Origin: Promethearchaeota archaeon | GTDB taxonomy: Archaea; Asgardarchaeota; Lokiarchaeia; Sigyniarchaeales; SOKP01 | Length of the DNA: 64,000 nucleotides | NCBI GenBank assembly: GCA_048938855.1 | Contig: JBHLLT010000002.1 | Span: 320,001-384,000, forward strand | Direction of reading: 5' to 3' | Shown here: in pieces, positions 10,005-18,471 of the stretch | Layout: every line of letters starts with the position of its first letter | Numbering within the stretch: the first letter of the stretch is position 1 | Notes under the pieces: model-generated | What the model saw: the letters and a program-made list of their open reading frames with translations, nothing else | Told to the model about the DNA's origin: nothing | The model's database searches: none | Program-made: the position numbers and the translations under genes

Positions 10005-11027
10005 TTAACAATAATCAGAGACTTTGACTCTAATTTTTTCATTAATGTCATACTCTTCATCAAAAGTTTTTTCTATATTCATTTTCTTTATGTTCTGAGA
10101 TTTTTTAAGTAATAAATATGGTAAATGAAAACCATAACGATCTTTTAATTGAGAAATGATTATTCTTAAAGGAATTTTAATTATCTCCGGAACACCACTT
10201 CCTTCAGTTAAAACAGTTTTACAATGCGTTGTAATAATGGAATTAATTTCTTCTGTGCACAAAACGCTTAAGTGTTTATCTGTGAAACGTGCTAATTTAT
10301 ATCCATTAATGTCTACACACAAAATTTTATAATTAGGTATTCTGCTAAGAATAGCACTTCTTTTATCTTTATAATACTTCTTATACCCAATATAATTATA
10401 ATTAGACTTTTTATGCTCAAAGAAAGGTGCAAAATGAAGTCCGTATGGTGGATCAATTATTTTCCTTCCTAAAACATTCATATAATAGATTCGCCCCCCA
10501 TATAAAGAATGAACGCGTTTCTCCATTCCTAACACCCCTAGTCCTTCTTCATTTTGAGGATTCTTTTTATACGAAACACATGTTCCATAGCCATTAAAGA
10601 TCCATAATGTATATATATCTTTATAAGAATAGCTATGTGTTCGTTCAATTAATTTTCTTTTACTAATTTGAGAGTTTTGACATTCAATAACAACCTTCTT
10701 TCCATTTTTTAATTCGAAATATACATCTGCGATTTGATCTCCAACCCTTAATTCAATTTTTTTTGAAGAAATTTGATTAAATTTTGGAAACATCATATAC
10801 CAGTATGCTTTCATGGTTTTGTGTTCTATAGTTTCTGGTTCAAAACAATAATTCCTACCTCCTTTATGCAAAAAGCAACCCAAGTCTGAATTATAAAATA
10901 AGGGCTTTTTACAAACTGTACAAAGCCAAGTATAATTTTGAGGATCAGAAGGTAAACCATCTAATATATTGAAAACATTTCCTAACTCAAAATTAAAAGC
11001 ATGAATTATTCTCTTTTCTTTTTCCAT
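10005..11027 (-). CDS. CoiA-like PD-(D/E)xK nuclease
   Basis: N-terminal CTVC..FLH...C..EPET.EH, then IADVY...VVIECQNSQIS...ERT.SY....IYTLWIF (CoiA-type AD...IECQ signature). Confidence 0.8.
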   Translation of the reverse strand: MEKEKRIIHAFNFELGNVFNILDGLPSDPQNYTWLCTVCKKPLFYNSDLGCFLHKGGRNYCFEPETIEHKTMKAYWYMMFPKFNQISSKKIELRVGDQIADVYFELKNGKKVVIECQNSQISKRKLIERTHSYSYKDIYTLWIFNGYGTCVSYKKNPQNEEGLGVLGMEKRVHSLYGGRIYYMNVLGRKIIDPPYGLHFAPFFEHKKSNYNYIGYKKYYKDKRSAILSRIPNYKILCVDINGYKLARFTDKHLSVLCTEEINSIITTHCKTVLTEGSGVPEIIKIPLRIIISQLKDRYGFHLPYLLLKKSQNIKKMNIEKTFDEEYDINEKIRVKVSDYC

Positions 11028-11162
11028 TTCTCATTAACAATAATTAAAATGTAAAGGATTTTTACCTAGATATCACAAATTTACTATTTAAACCTAAAAC
11101 TTATTAGTTATTCCACAAAATCTACACCCATTATAAGAAGAGTAAATATGACTAGAAATTTT

Positions 11163-11184
11163 TTGCACTGTAGTAGTTTAAAAA
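11163..11184 (+). promoter_or_regulatory. putative promoter: TGTAGTAG abutting a TTTAAAAA TATA box
   Basis: TTGCACTGTAGTAGTTTAAAAA; TATA begins 30 nt before the ATG at 11207; resembles 13812-13831. Confidence 0.45.
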
Positions 11185-11206
11185 TAACTTTGATTTTTTT
11201 AGTTTT

Positions 11207-11647
11207 ATGACAGAAATTCAAAAAAATCAGCTAAAAAAAATAATTTCTAATTCTTCAAAAGATAATCCATTGAAATATATCGATGGTCCTAAGGAAAAAA
11301 CGCATACCCAAAACAGTAAAATAAAAATTAATTACCAGCATGGACCCAAAATTTACAGACAAGGTGACATTTTATTCAAGAAAATAGAAAATTTCCCCAG
11401 TCAGTTAAAGCAAAAACCTGATAGAGTAGTTGCTGAAGGAGAAGAAACAGAACATGCTCATGTTCTTGTTAATGGTGCTCTATTCGAAGTATTAAATTCA
11501 GAGAAACTATATATAAAATCAGAACAAAATACGAGAATCATTCATGAGGAGCACCTACCAATCAAATTAGAATCTGGAAATTACCAAGTAATTAGACAGA
11601 GAGAATATTTAGGACCGGGATTAGAAACTCGAATTGTAAGAGACTAA
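11207..11647 (+). CDS. His-rich small beta protein of the YRQGD/HEEH/RQREY family (usual DUF6745 partner)
   Basis: YRQGDILF, AEGEETEHAH, IIHEEHLPIKLESGNYQVIRQREY...RIVRD. Confidence 0.8.
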   Translation: MTEIQKNQLKKIISNSSKDNPLKYIDGPKEKTHTQNSKIKINYQHGPKIYRQGDILFKKIENFPSQLKQKPDRVVAEGEETEHAHVLVNGALFEVLNSEKLYIKSEQNTRIIHEEHLPIKLESGNYQVIRQREYLGPGLETRIVRD

Positions 11648-11674
11648 GTTTATAAAAAAGATAGGATAATTGAA

Positions 11675-11983
11675 ATGACAGATGCAGATTATTATATAAG
11701 CTTACATGAAAAAAACAAGAATTATTTAGAGAGCTTAAACTTAGATTTTGGAGCAAGAGGGTCTACTAGAATTATAGATAGAGATGGGGAGAATTTATTG
11801 GTTGAACTAACCAAGAGAGGTTCAAATACAATTACTAGTTATCGATATATAAGAGTTAAAGATTCTTCAACTGGAAAAAATATTTTTTTAAGTGTGCCTA
11901 ATAGAATAAGTTCATGTCGAGAAGCAGTCTCATGGACTTTTGGTCTTAAGCCTTCAGAATACGATTTATTATTTGAAACATAG
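11675..11983 (+). CDS. DUF6745-like protein (C-terminal subdomain only)
   Basis: RYIRVKDSSTGKNIFLSVPNRISSCREAVSWTFGLKPSEY....ET matches the remembered LRVPP...AREAVAWTFGL...Y.P..ET pattern. Confidence 0.75.
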   Translation: MTDADYYISLHEKNKNYLESLNLDFGARGSTRIIDRDGENLLVELTKRGSNTITSYRYIRVKDSSTGKNIFLSVPNRISSCREAVSWTFGLKPSEYDLLFET

Positions 11984-12028
11984 TTCTTTTATAATTTTTT
12001 TAATTTTTTTGGAAGTTTTTAAACGATC

Positions 12029-13759
12029 ATGGTTGAAACAGCTTCTATTGTTGATTATTTTTACCAAAATGGTTATATAGATAACAAAAATTCATCTAAT
12101 TATGTTGAACTATTTCATGATCTTGTTATCCAATTGATTAATGAGGAGAAATACGAAGAATTAGTAGATTTATGTTATGATGTGTTTTCTTTTGATCCTA
12201 ATATAAAACTCATTCAAAAATTAATTTATACTTTAGTAAATCTTGAAGCAAACAAGAGTGTTGTTGATTTATGTGAACTATATATTAAAAATAAAAAAGA
12301 CGATGAAATATTCTATGATGCTATCAATGAATTTTTAAAATATGATAATTTTCTGGGAGCAATTGATTTATGCCGGATGTATATAAGAGTTAATCCAAAG
12401 GGCAATCTAGGATTTATTCGTACTATGATCTTGGCTTCACTTAAAAAAAATATTAAATACCCTAATGTTTTTGAATTGATTGAAGAACTCTTAGAACTGA
12501 ACCATGGAATCAACTTTATATATAATTTAATTTATTCGATGTTAGAGGTACAGAATTACGATACAATAATTAATATTATTAAGTTAGTTTTGAAATCTAA
12601 CTCTGAAGAAAAGCTTTCTTTATTGCATATTGTAAATATTCTATTTGAAAATGGAAAACATGGAAGCGCTTGGGAGCTGTGTAAGAAATTTCTGATATTA
12701 TATCCTTCTTCTGTAGATGTATTAACTTTATATGGGAGAATCCTTACAAAAAGAGGGGAATTTCAACAATCACAAATTCTCTTTAATTCAATATTAGAGC
12801 AAATTCCATCTTCTAAACCAAGATTAAAAAGCAGAATGCTTAATTTTATAGGTTGGAATTATATCCAACAAGGAGATTGGAAAAAAGCTACTAATCATTG
12901 TATCAAATCCACGAAGTTAAACCCACAATATCCAGAATCTCTAAATAATCTAGGTCTTATTTACTATAAAAAAGGTTATGTTGAAAAAGGAATAAAACTC
13001 GTTAAGAGAGCATTAAAATTAAACCCGAATCTATGTCAAACATGGGTTAATCTAGGAAAAATCAATCTTGAATTAAGAAATTATTATGATGCTTTTACAG
13101 CAAGTTACAATTGCCTTTCTATTAATAATCAAAATCAAGAAGGGATTTCACTATATAAAAACCTGTCAAATAATCCAGATATAAAAATACTTAGTTTTCT
13201 TATACCAAAATTGATAAAATTGGGGTATAGGTGTGTATTTGATTATTTGAATGAAACAATATTCCCACATAAATTGCTAAAAAATAATAGATATATAGTT
13301 TATTCCAGAGAATTCTTAAATTTCTTGAAAAAAGTAAGATTAGCACAGATGTACTTAAACGATTTTGTTGCTATTTATTGTTGGCTTCCAAAGTGCGAAA
13401 AGTGTGAAAGCTTGTTGAAAATTTATGGCGAAAGAATTAATTATAAAGATGGTTCTAAAACAAAAATGTATCGTTGTGAGAATTGCGGAAAAGAAAAAAG
13501 AAGTGTTGAACAGTTAGATAATGAAAACATACCTTACTTAAAATTACGAGTTATTTTACACTCTCCTTTACAAATCCCTAATAAAAGTACCCAATTCTAT
13601 TCTAAATTAGACTATGAAAGCATTTTTATAACCTATTCCAACTTAGATGTAATTCAGAACATTTCAAACTCCAAAACTGCAGAACTAATTGATAATTTAA
13701 AAAATGCAGTACGAATATATGGGGAAGACATTCAAAAAAGACTTTTAGAAATCTCTTAA
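12029..13759 (+). CDS. TPR-repeat protein with C-terminal zinc ribbon
   Basis: TPRs (LNNLGLIYYKKG...ALKLNP, WVNLGKINLEL) and CEKC...CENC. Confidence 0.85.
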   Translation: MVETASIVDYFYQNGYIDNKNSSNYVELFHDLVIQLINEEKYEELVDLCYDVFSFDPNIKLIQKLIYTLVNLEANKSVVDLCELYIKNKKDDEIFYDAINEFLKYDNFLGAIDLCRMYIRVNPKGNLGFIRTMILASLKKNIKYPNVFELIEELLELNHGINFIYNLIYSMLEVQNYDTIINIIKLVLKSNSEEKLSLLHIVNILFENGKHGSAWELCKKFLILYPSSVDVLTLYGRILTKRGEFQQSQILFNSILEQIPSSKPRLKSRMLNFIGWNYIQQGDWKKATNHCIKSTKLNPQYPESLNNLGLIYYKKGYVEKGIKLVKRALKLNPNLCQTWVNLGKINLELRNYYDAFTASYNCLSINNQNQEGISLYKNLSNNPDIKILSFLIPKLIKLGYRCVFDYLNETIFPHKLLKNNRYIVYSREFLNFLKKVRLAQMYLNDFVAIYCWLPKCEKCESLLKIYGERINYKDGSKTKMYRCENCGKEKRSVEQLDNENIPYLKLRVILHSPLQIPNKSTQFYSKLDYESIFITYSNLDVIQNISNSKTAELIDNLKNAVRIYGEDIQKRLLEIS

Positions 13760-13811
13760 AATATTAAAAATATTCACTCTGTCCGATTTAATAATCAAAG
13801 ATTATATCATA

Positions 13812-13831
13812 TTGTATTGTAGTACTTAAAT
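13812..13831 (+). promoter_or_regulatory. putative promoter: TGTAGTAC abutting TTAAAT
   Basis: TTGTATTGTAGTACTTAAAT upstream of the helicase; similar to 11163-11184. Confidence 0.4.
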
Positions 13832-13864
13832 CCATTCTACTAATATAGTTAAAACAAATCTATC

Positions 13865-15793
13865 TTGATTAATATGGTAACTAGCCTCTCGTATATGGAT
13901 TTTTTTCCATACCATTCATATCGTCCAGAACAACAGGAAATTATTCGCGAAATAGAATTAGGTGTTCGATTAAAAAAAAATATATTATTAGTTGCCCCTA
14001 GTGGAGCAGGAAAGACTGTCACTGCTCTAAGTGCAATTCTCCCTCAAGCCTATGAAAATGAATTAAAGATTATTTATTTATGTAGGACTCATACTCAATC
14101 TGATAGAGTTATTAATGAATTAAAAAAAATTCATTCCTCAAAATTAAAAATAATAGGGTTGTCTTTAAGAGGAAGAAGTGAAATGTGTTTAAATTCTTCC
14201 CTGTTTATTTCAAAACTCACACCTATGGATGCAATGTTGACATGTTCAGATTTAAGAATTAGTGAATCGTGTAAATATTTTAATAAATTCCATAATAGTA
14301 AAAATCCTGAAGATATTTCCCATTTTACAAGTCCACGAGATGCCCAAGAACTAATTGAATATTGTAAGGAAAAAGAATATTGTCCTTATTATTTTTGTAA
14401 ATATATTTTGAATAAAGCTCTAATCATTGTTTGTAACTTCCAATGGATGTTTAATCCCAGTATTCGCTTCCAAATTTTAAATTTATTAGCAACTTCTTTG
14501 GAGGACTGCATAGTAGTCATAGACGAATGCCACAATGTTGCAGATATGGCAACTAAAGTCAAATCTCATAGATTAACACTATCCTTTCTTGAGTCATGCT
14601 TTCAAGACCTAAAGAAAAGCGTACTTCCTCCTCAGTATTCCCAGGTTGTATACTTCTTGATAAATCTCCTCAAAAATAAATGCAATAGATATACAAATAC
14701 AATTAGTATTAAACTAGATCCATTCAAGTTATTTACCAAAATGTCTCAATCTTTAGAGATGAATATAGCTAACGAGTTTGAGAAATTAGATTTTTATTTT
14801 CAAAATCTACCGATAAAAACTCGAATCGAATTAAATAGAGTGCGGATATTAGCAAGGTTTTGGCAAAACTGGATTGAAAAATGCAAATCTGATAGATATT
14901 TCTTCTGTTACCATATAATTCGAAAAAGTAATGAAAAAGCAATTTCTTTAGAAGTAGTAGCATTGGAACCACGTGAAGTTACAATACCTCTCTTTAGGCA
15001 CACCCATGCCTGTATTAATCTTACTGGAACGGTTAATCCTTATATCTTTAAAACTTTAACTGGTTTAGATAGAAAGTATTCTGGATATAAAGAAATAATC
15101 GCTAATTCTCCCTTTCATAGTAAAAACATCAAAGCTTTAATAACTGAGGGAGTAAGTACTAAATTGAAAAAAAGAACACCAATGATGTACAATAAAATGA
15201 TTCAAAAAATCGAAGAAGTTATTGATGGTACTCCCGCTAATGTCGCTATATTCTGCGCGTCATACGAAATTCTTAAAGATTTAATCTTAAACGGTCTTGA
15301 AGAAACTGTTAGAATTTATGGAAAAAAACTCTTCATTGAAGAATCAGAAATGTCAGGATCTATGAACGCCACACTGATAAAGAAATATAAAAATTTTGGC
15401 AAATCCGGGAATGGTGCGGTATTACTTGGTGTATGTGGTGGTAGGAACTCAGAAGGGGAAGATTTCCCCGGCAATGATATGAATTCTGTAATAATAGCTG
15501 GTATCCCATACCATCTCATTACTCCCCAAGCAGAAGCTCGGATAAACTATTATAATAAAGCCTTCTTTGGTCAAGGATGGCTTCTAGGATATTTATACCC
15601 CGCTATGCAACGAGCAAACCAAGCAGCAGGAAGACCAATACGAAAAGAAAAAGACAAAGGCGCTATAATCTTTTTAGATTCTAGGTTTAAAACCAAAAAA
15701 AAATGGATTTCAGATTGGATAAGAAAGGAAATTGAAGTAGTACCAGATGAAATTAATGGTATTACTCGGCGATTAAAAGGATTTTGGCTATAA
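13865..15793 (+). CDS. XPD/Rad3/DinG-family Fe-S DNA helicase
   Basis: Q motif YRPEQ, Walker A APSGAGKT, four Fe-S Cys (MCLN, TC...SCKYF, YCPYY), DECH, SEGEDF, QAAGRPIR; likely ATG at 13874. Confidence 0.92.
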   Translation: MINMVTSLSYMDFFPYHSYRPEQQEIIREIELGVRLKKNILLVAPSGAGKTVTALSAILPQAYENELKIIYLCRTHTQSDRVINELKKIHSSKLKIIGLSLRGRSEMCLNSSLFISKLTPMDAMLTCSDLRISESCKYFNKFHNSKNPEDISHFTSPRDAQELIEYCKEKEYCPYYFCKYILNKALIIVCNFQWMFNPSIRFQILNLLATSLEDCIVVIDECHNVADMATKVKSHRLTLSFLESCFQDLKKSVLPPQYSQVVYFLINLLKNKCNRYTNTISIKLDPFKLFTKMSQSLEMNIANEFEKLDFYFQNLPIKTRIELNRVRILARFWQNWIEKCKSDRYFFCYHIIRKSNEKAISLEVVALEPREVTIPLFRHTHACINLTGTVNPYIFKTLTGLDRKYSGYKEIIANSPFHSKNIKALITEGVSTKLKKRTPMMYNKMIQKIEEVIDGTPANVAIFCASYEILKDLILNGLEETVRIYGKKLFIEESEMSGSMNATLIKKYKNFGKSGNGAVLLGVCGGRNSEGEDFPGNDMNSVIIAGIPYHLITPQAEARINYYNKAFFGQGWLLGYLYPAMQRANQAAGRPIRKEKDKGAIIFLDSRFKTKKKWISDWIRKEIEVVPDEINGITRRLKGFWL

Positions 15794-15944
15794 ACACCCT
15801 CCAATAGAGAATTCTCTTTTAAAGTATCATTATTTGGAAAAAGTCTATTCATTTGCTTTAAAAGATTAATTTAATAAATAAAATTTATTATAAAAGACAA
15901 TTCAAATAATATTATAATACGAGATTCTTTAGGTGCTATAAATT

Positions 15945-16169
15945 ATGAAAAAAAGAAATATTGGATTTATTTTGTTTGGCGTAGCAGGTGTTAATCTTAT
16001 CACACTCGCAATATCCCTACTAGTCTTTCCGAGATTATATACTCAACTGGGAATGCCCTTAGCAGCGGTTAGAATTGCAATGGCCACAATTCTAATAACT
16101 AGTCTAGTAGTAATATCTGTCTTAGTATGTGCTGGAATTATCGTACTTATAAAATTTTGGAATAGGTAA
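15945..16169 (+). CDS. small 2-TM membrane protein
   Basis: Two hydrophobic stretches; ends 12 nt before the GGR-family gene. Confidence 0.6.
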   Translation: MKKRNIGFILFGVAGVNLITLAISLLVFPRLYTQLGMPLAAVRIAMATILITSLVVISVLVCAGIIVLIKFWNR

Positions 16170-16181
16170 TTATTTTTAGTC

Positions 16182-17351
16182 ATGTATGATGTCATAATTA
16201 GTGGTGCTGGCCCCTCAGGTTCTCAATGTGCTAAAGTAATCGCTGAGGCAGGATATAAGGTTGCTTTGGTTGAAAAAGATGTGAACTGGAGGAAACCATG
16301 TGGAGGTGCTGTTCATTCTAGTGTTATAGATGTATATCCTCAGTTGAAAAAACTTATTAGCTCTAAAATACGGGGAGTTGTAATATATTCAGCAGATTAT
16401 CATAAGCTTGAATTTAAAGGAGTAAGTAGTGAGTATTCTGTAATTATGGATAGAATAGAACTTGATAACATAATGAGAGATAGTGCTGTTGATGCTGGAG
16501 CTGAACTTTTTGATAACCATATATCATTTGATTATCTCATGAAAAATCAAAAAAAAATTGGAATAAAAACAAAAATAAAAACTAACACTGAAGAGTTTCA
16601 TGGAAATATTATCATAGTAGCGGATGGTATGAGTTCTAAATTAGCTGTAAAATCAGGAATAAGGTCAAAATGGAATGTTAATGAACTGGCTATTGGAAAA
16701 TGTTCAATTATGGAGGGAAATCATGGATTAGATCCGGAAAGTGTTTATATCTACTTTAAACCTTTTCAAGGGTATGCTTGGATATTTCCAATAAACAATA
16801 AAAGATACAATATTGGTATTTTTACATTTGGTATAGATAATTCAAAATATAATATACATAAAATATACCACGAGTTTGTAAATAATTTAAATGTTAAACA
16901 ATATGTTTCCAAATCAAATAATAAAACCATATGGTCAAGTTCATATTCATTTCCCGCAGAAGGAGTATTGGAAAAAAGCCTTTATGATGATAATTTAATG
17001 CTTATAGGCGATGCTGGAGGATTTGTTTCTCCTATAAGTGGTGAAGGAATTCAAACTGCCGTCCTCTCTGGCAAAATTGCAGCAGAAACTGCTATAAAAT
17101 CTTTGCAAGATGAAGATTATTCACGAACATGTCTTAAAACGTATAGAACTAACCGAGAAATAAAAACAATTATTAGGAATTTCAAACAAAAATCTTCGAT
17201 GATCCATTTCTTCTATGAGAATGAAGGCAAAAATCTAAATAAAATGCTTGGATTGGCTGAGATAGATCCAGTATTTAGGGAACAAGTAGTAAACATGTTT
17301 GCTTTTGGAGAAATGCCTTCAAAAGATTTTATTTCAAAAATTAATGAATAA
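16182..17351 (+). CDS. geranylgeranyl reductase-family flavoprotein
   Basis: GAGPSG, KPCGG, VADG, GYAWIFP, GDAGGFVSPISGEGI. Confidence 0.9.
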   Translation: MYDVIISGAGPSGSQCAKVIAEAGYKVALVEKDVNWRKPCGGAVHSSVIDVYPQLKKLISSKIRGVVIYSADYHKLEFKGVSSEYSVIMDRIELDNIMRDSAVDAGAELFDNHISFDYLMKNQKKIGIKTKIKTNTEEFHGNIIIVADGMSSKLAVKSGIRSKWNVNELAIGKCSIMEGNHGLDPESVYIYFKPFQGYAWIFPINNKRYNIGIFTFGIDNSKYNIHKIYHEFVNNLNVKQYVSKSNNKTIWSSSYSFPAEGVLEKSLYDDNLMLIGDAGGFVSPISGEGIQTAVLSGKIAAETAIKSLQDEDYSRTCLKTYRTNREIKTIIRNFKQKSSMIHFFYENEGKNLNKMLGLAEIDPVFREQVVNMFAFGEMPSKDFISKINE

Positions 17352-17548
17352 ATTTCTATTATCAATTACTTTTGATAGATATGACATCCTTGGAGTATTT
17401 TATAAATAATATTTAAGAAAAAAATAATTTAGCTTCCAATAGAGCTATGTTTTAACTTTTCACCTTTCAAATATGGTTTTATTTATAATTTATTTATAAA
17501 CAAATAGTAATATTTATTTTAAAAAAAAATTCTATTCTTTGTTAATTT

Positions 17549-17565
17549 ATCACTCCTCTCCCTCT
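17549..17565 (+). promoter_or_regulatory. C-rich upstream element shared with 58744-58760
   Basis: ATCACTCCTCTCCCTCT vs ATCACCCCCCTCCGTCT, 14/17 identical. Confidence 0.35.
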
Positions 17566-17633
17566 GTACTCCTTTATTTCGTAAAAACACAACCTTTAAA
17601 TATGTCAGTTAATACTTATATAATAACGTATTG

Positions 17634-17667
17634 ATGTAAACCTTTGATTGACAACCAAAGTTTACAT
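17634..17667 (+). promoter_or_regulatory. 34-bp imperfect palindrome/hairpin in the grpE leader
   Basis: ATGTAAAC-C-TTTG-A-TTG-A-CAA-C-CAAA-GTTTACAT, downstream of TTTAAATA (17595-17602). Confidence 0.6.
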
Positions 17668-17704
17668 TTGAAAATTGGGGTTTAAAACTCAAAAAATTAA
17701 AAAT

Positions 17705-18415
17705 ATGACATATAATATTAGAAAAGAAATGGGAGATATAAGACCTATGGCATTTGAAGACTATTTTGACAGATTTATAGGTGATCGCGGTTCTCCTCGT
17801 ACAGGATCAAATCAAATTTTAGTTTCGCGGACTGAGTTTGAGAAGCTTAAAGCGAAAGCTGACAAGTATGAAGCGTTAGTGGAGGAGCATAAGAAAATTA
17901 AGACGCAAAATGATCGACTTCTTAAAGAACTCGATGATATGAAAGAGGATGGTCGCAAATTCAAAGAACTAATGGAAGAAAAGGAGAAATTTATGAATTC
18001 ACTTTTGCGAGTCCGTGCTGATTTCGAAAACTATAAAAAACGTTCGGAGCGTGAAAACAGCAGGTATCGAGCATATGTAATGGAGGGTATTTTAAAGAAA
18101 TTAATCGATCATTATGATGATTTAATTAGGGCTTTAAATTTATTAAAAGTCCTTGAGAATATGGATGGGATTAAGAATGGTTTTGAAATAATCGTTAATA
18201 AATTTGAAAAATTACTTGATGAGGAAGGTGTCAAGCCAATGAACTCGGAAGGAGAGAAATTTGATCCATATAAACATGAAGTAGTAATAGTAGAAGAAGG
18301 TCGAGATGATCTCCCTGAAAATACTATATTGGAAGAAATAGCTAAGGGTTATTACTTTAAAGATAAAGTATTACGGCCAGCAATGGTCAAAATCTCAAAA
18401 AACTCAAAGTTATAA
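17705..18415 (+). CDS. grpE: nucleotide exchange factor GrpE
   Basis: RVRADFENYKKR, FDPYKHE, KGYYFKDKVLRPAMVKISK; start uncertain (TTG 17675, ATG 17705 or later). Confidence 0.93.
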   Translation: MTYNIRKEMGDIRPMAFEDYFDRFIGDRGSPRTGSNQILVSRTEFEKLKAKADKYEALVEEHKKIKTQNDRLLKELDDMKEDGRKFKELMEEKEKFMNSLLRVRADFENYKKRSERENSRYRAYVMEGILKKLIDHYDDLIRALNLLKVLENMDGIKNGFEIIVNKFEKLLDEEGVKPMNSEGEKFDPYKHEVVIVEEGRDDLPENTILEEIAKGYYFKDKVLRPAMVKISKNSKL

Positions 18416-18471
18416 AATTTAAAATGAAAAATCAAAAATATTAAAATAACAATAAAAAAGAGTGATGAAAT

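Noticed and set aside
10005-15793. Prophage or integrated mobile element
   Set aside because: No integrase, transposase, att repeats, tRNA target or virion genes are visible.
17400-17704. CIRCE or HAIR operator upstream of grpE
   Set aside because: Neither consensus is present, and no hrcA or hspR is in the window.
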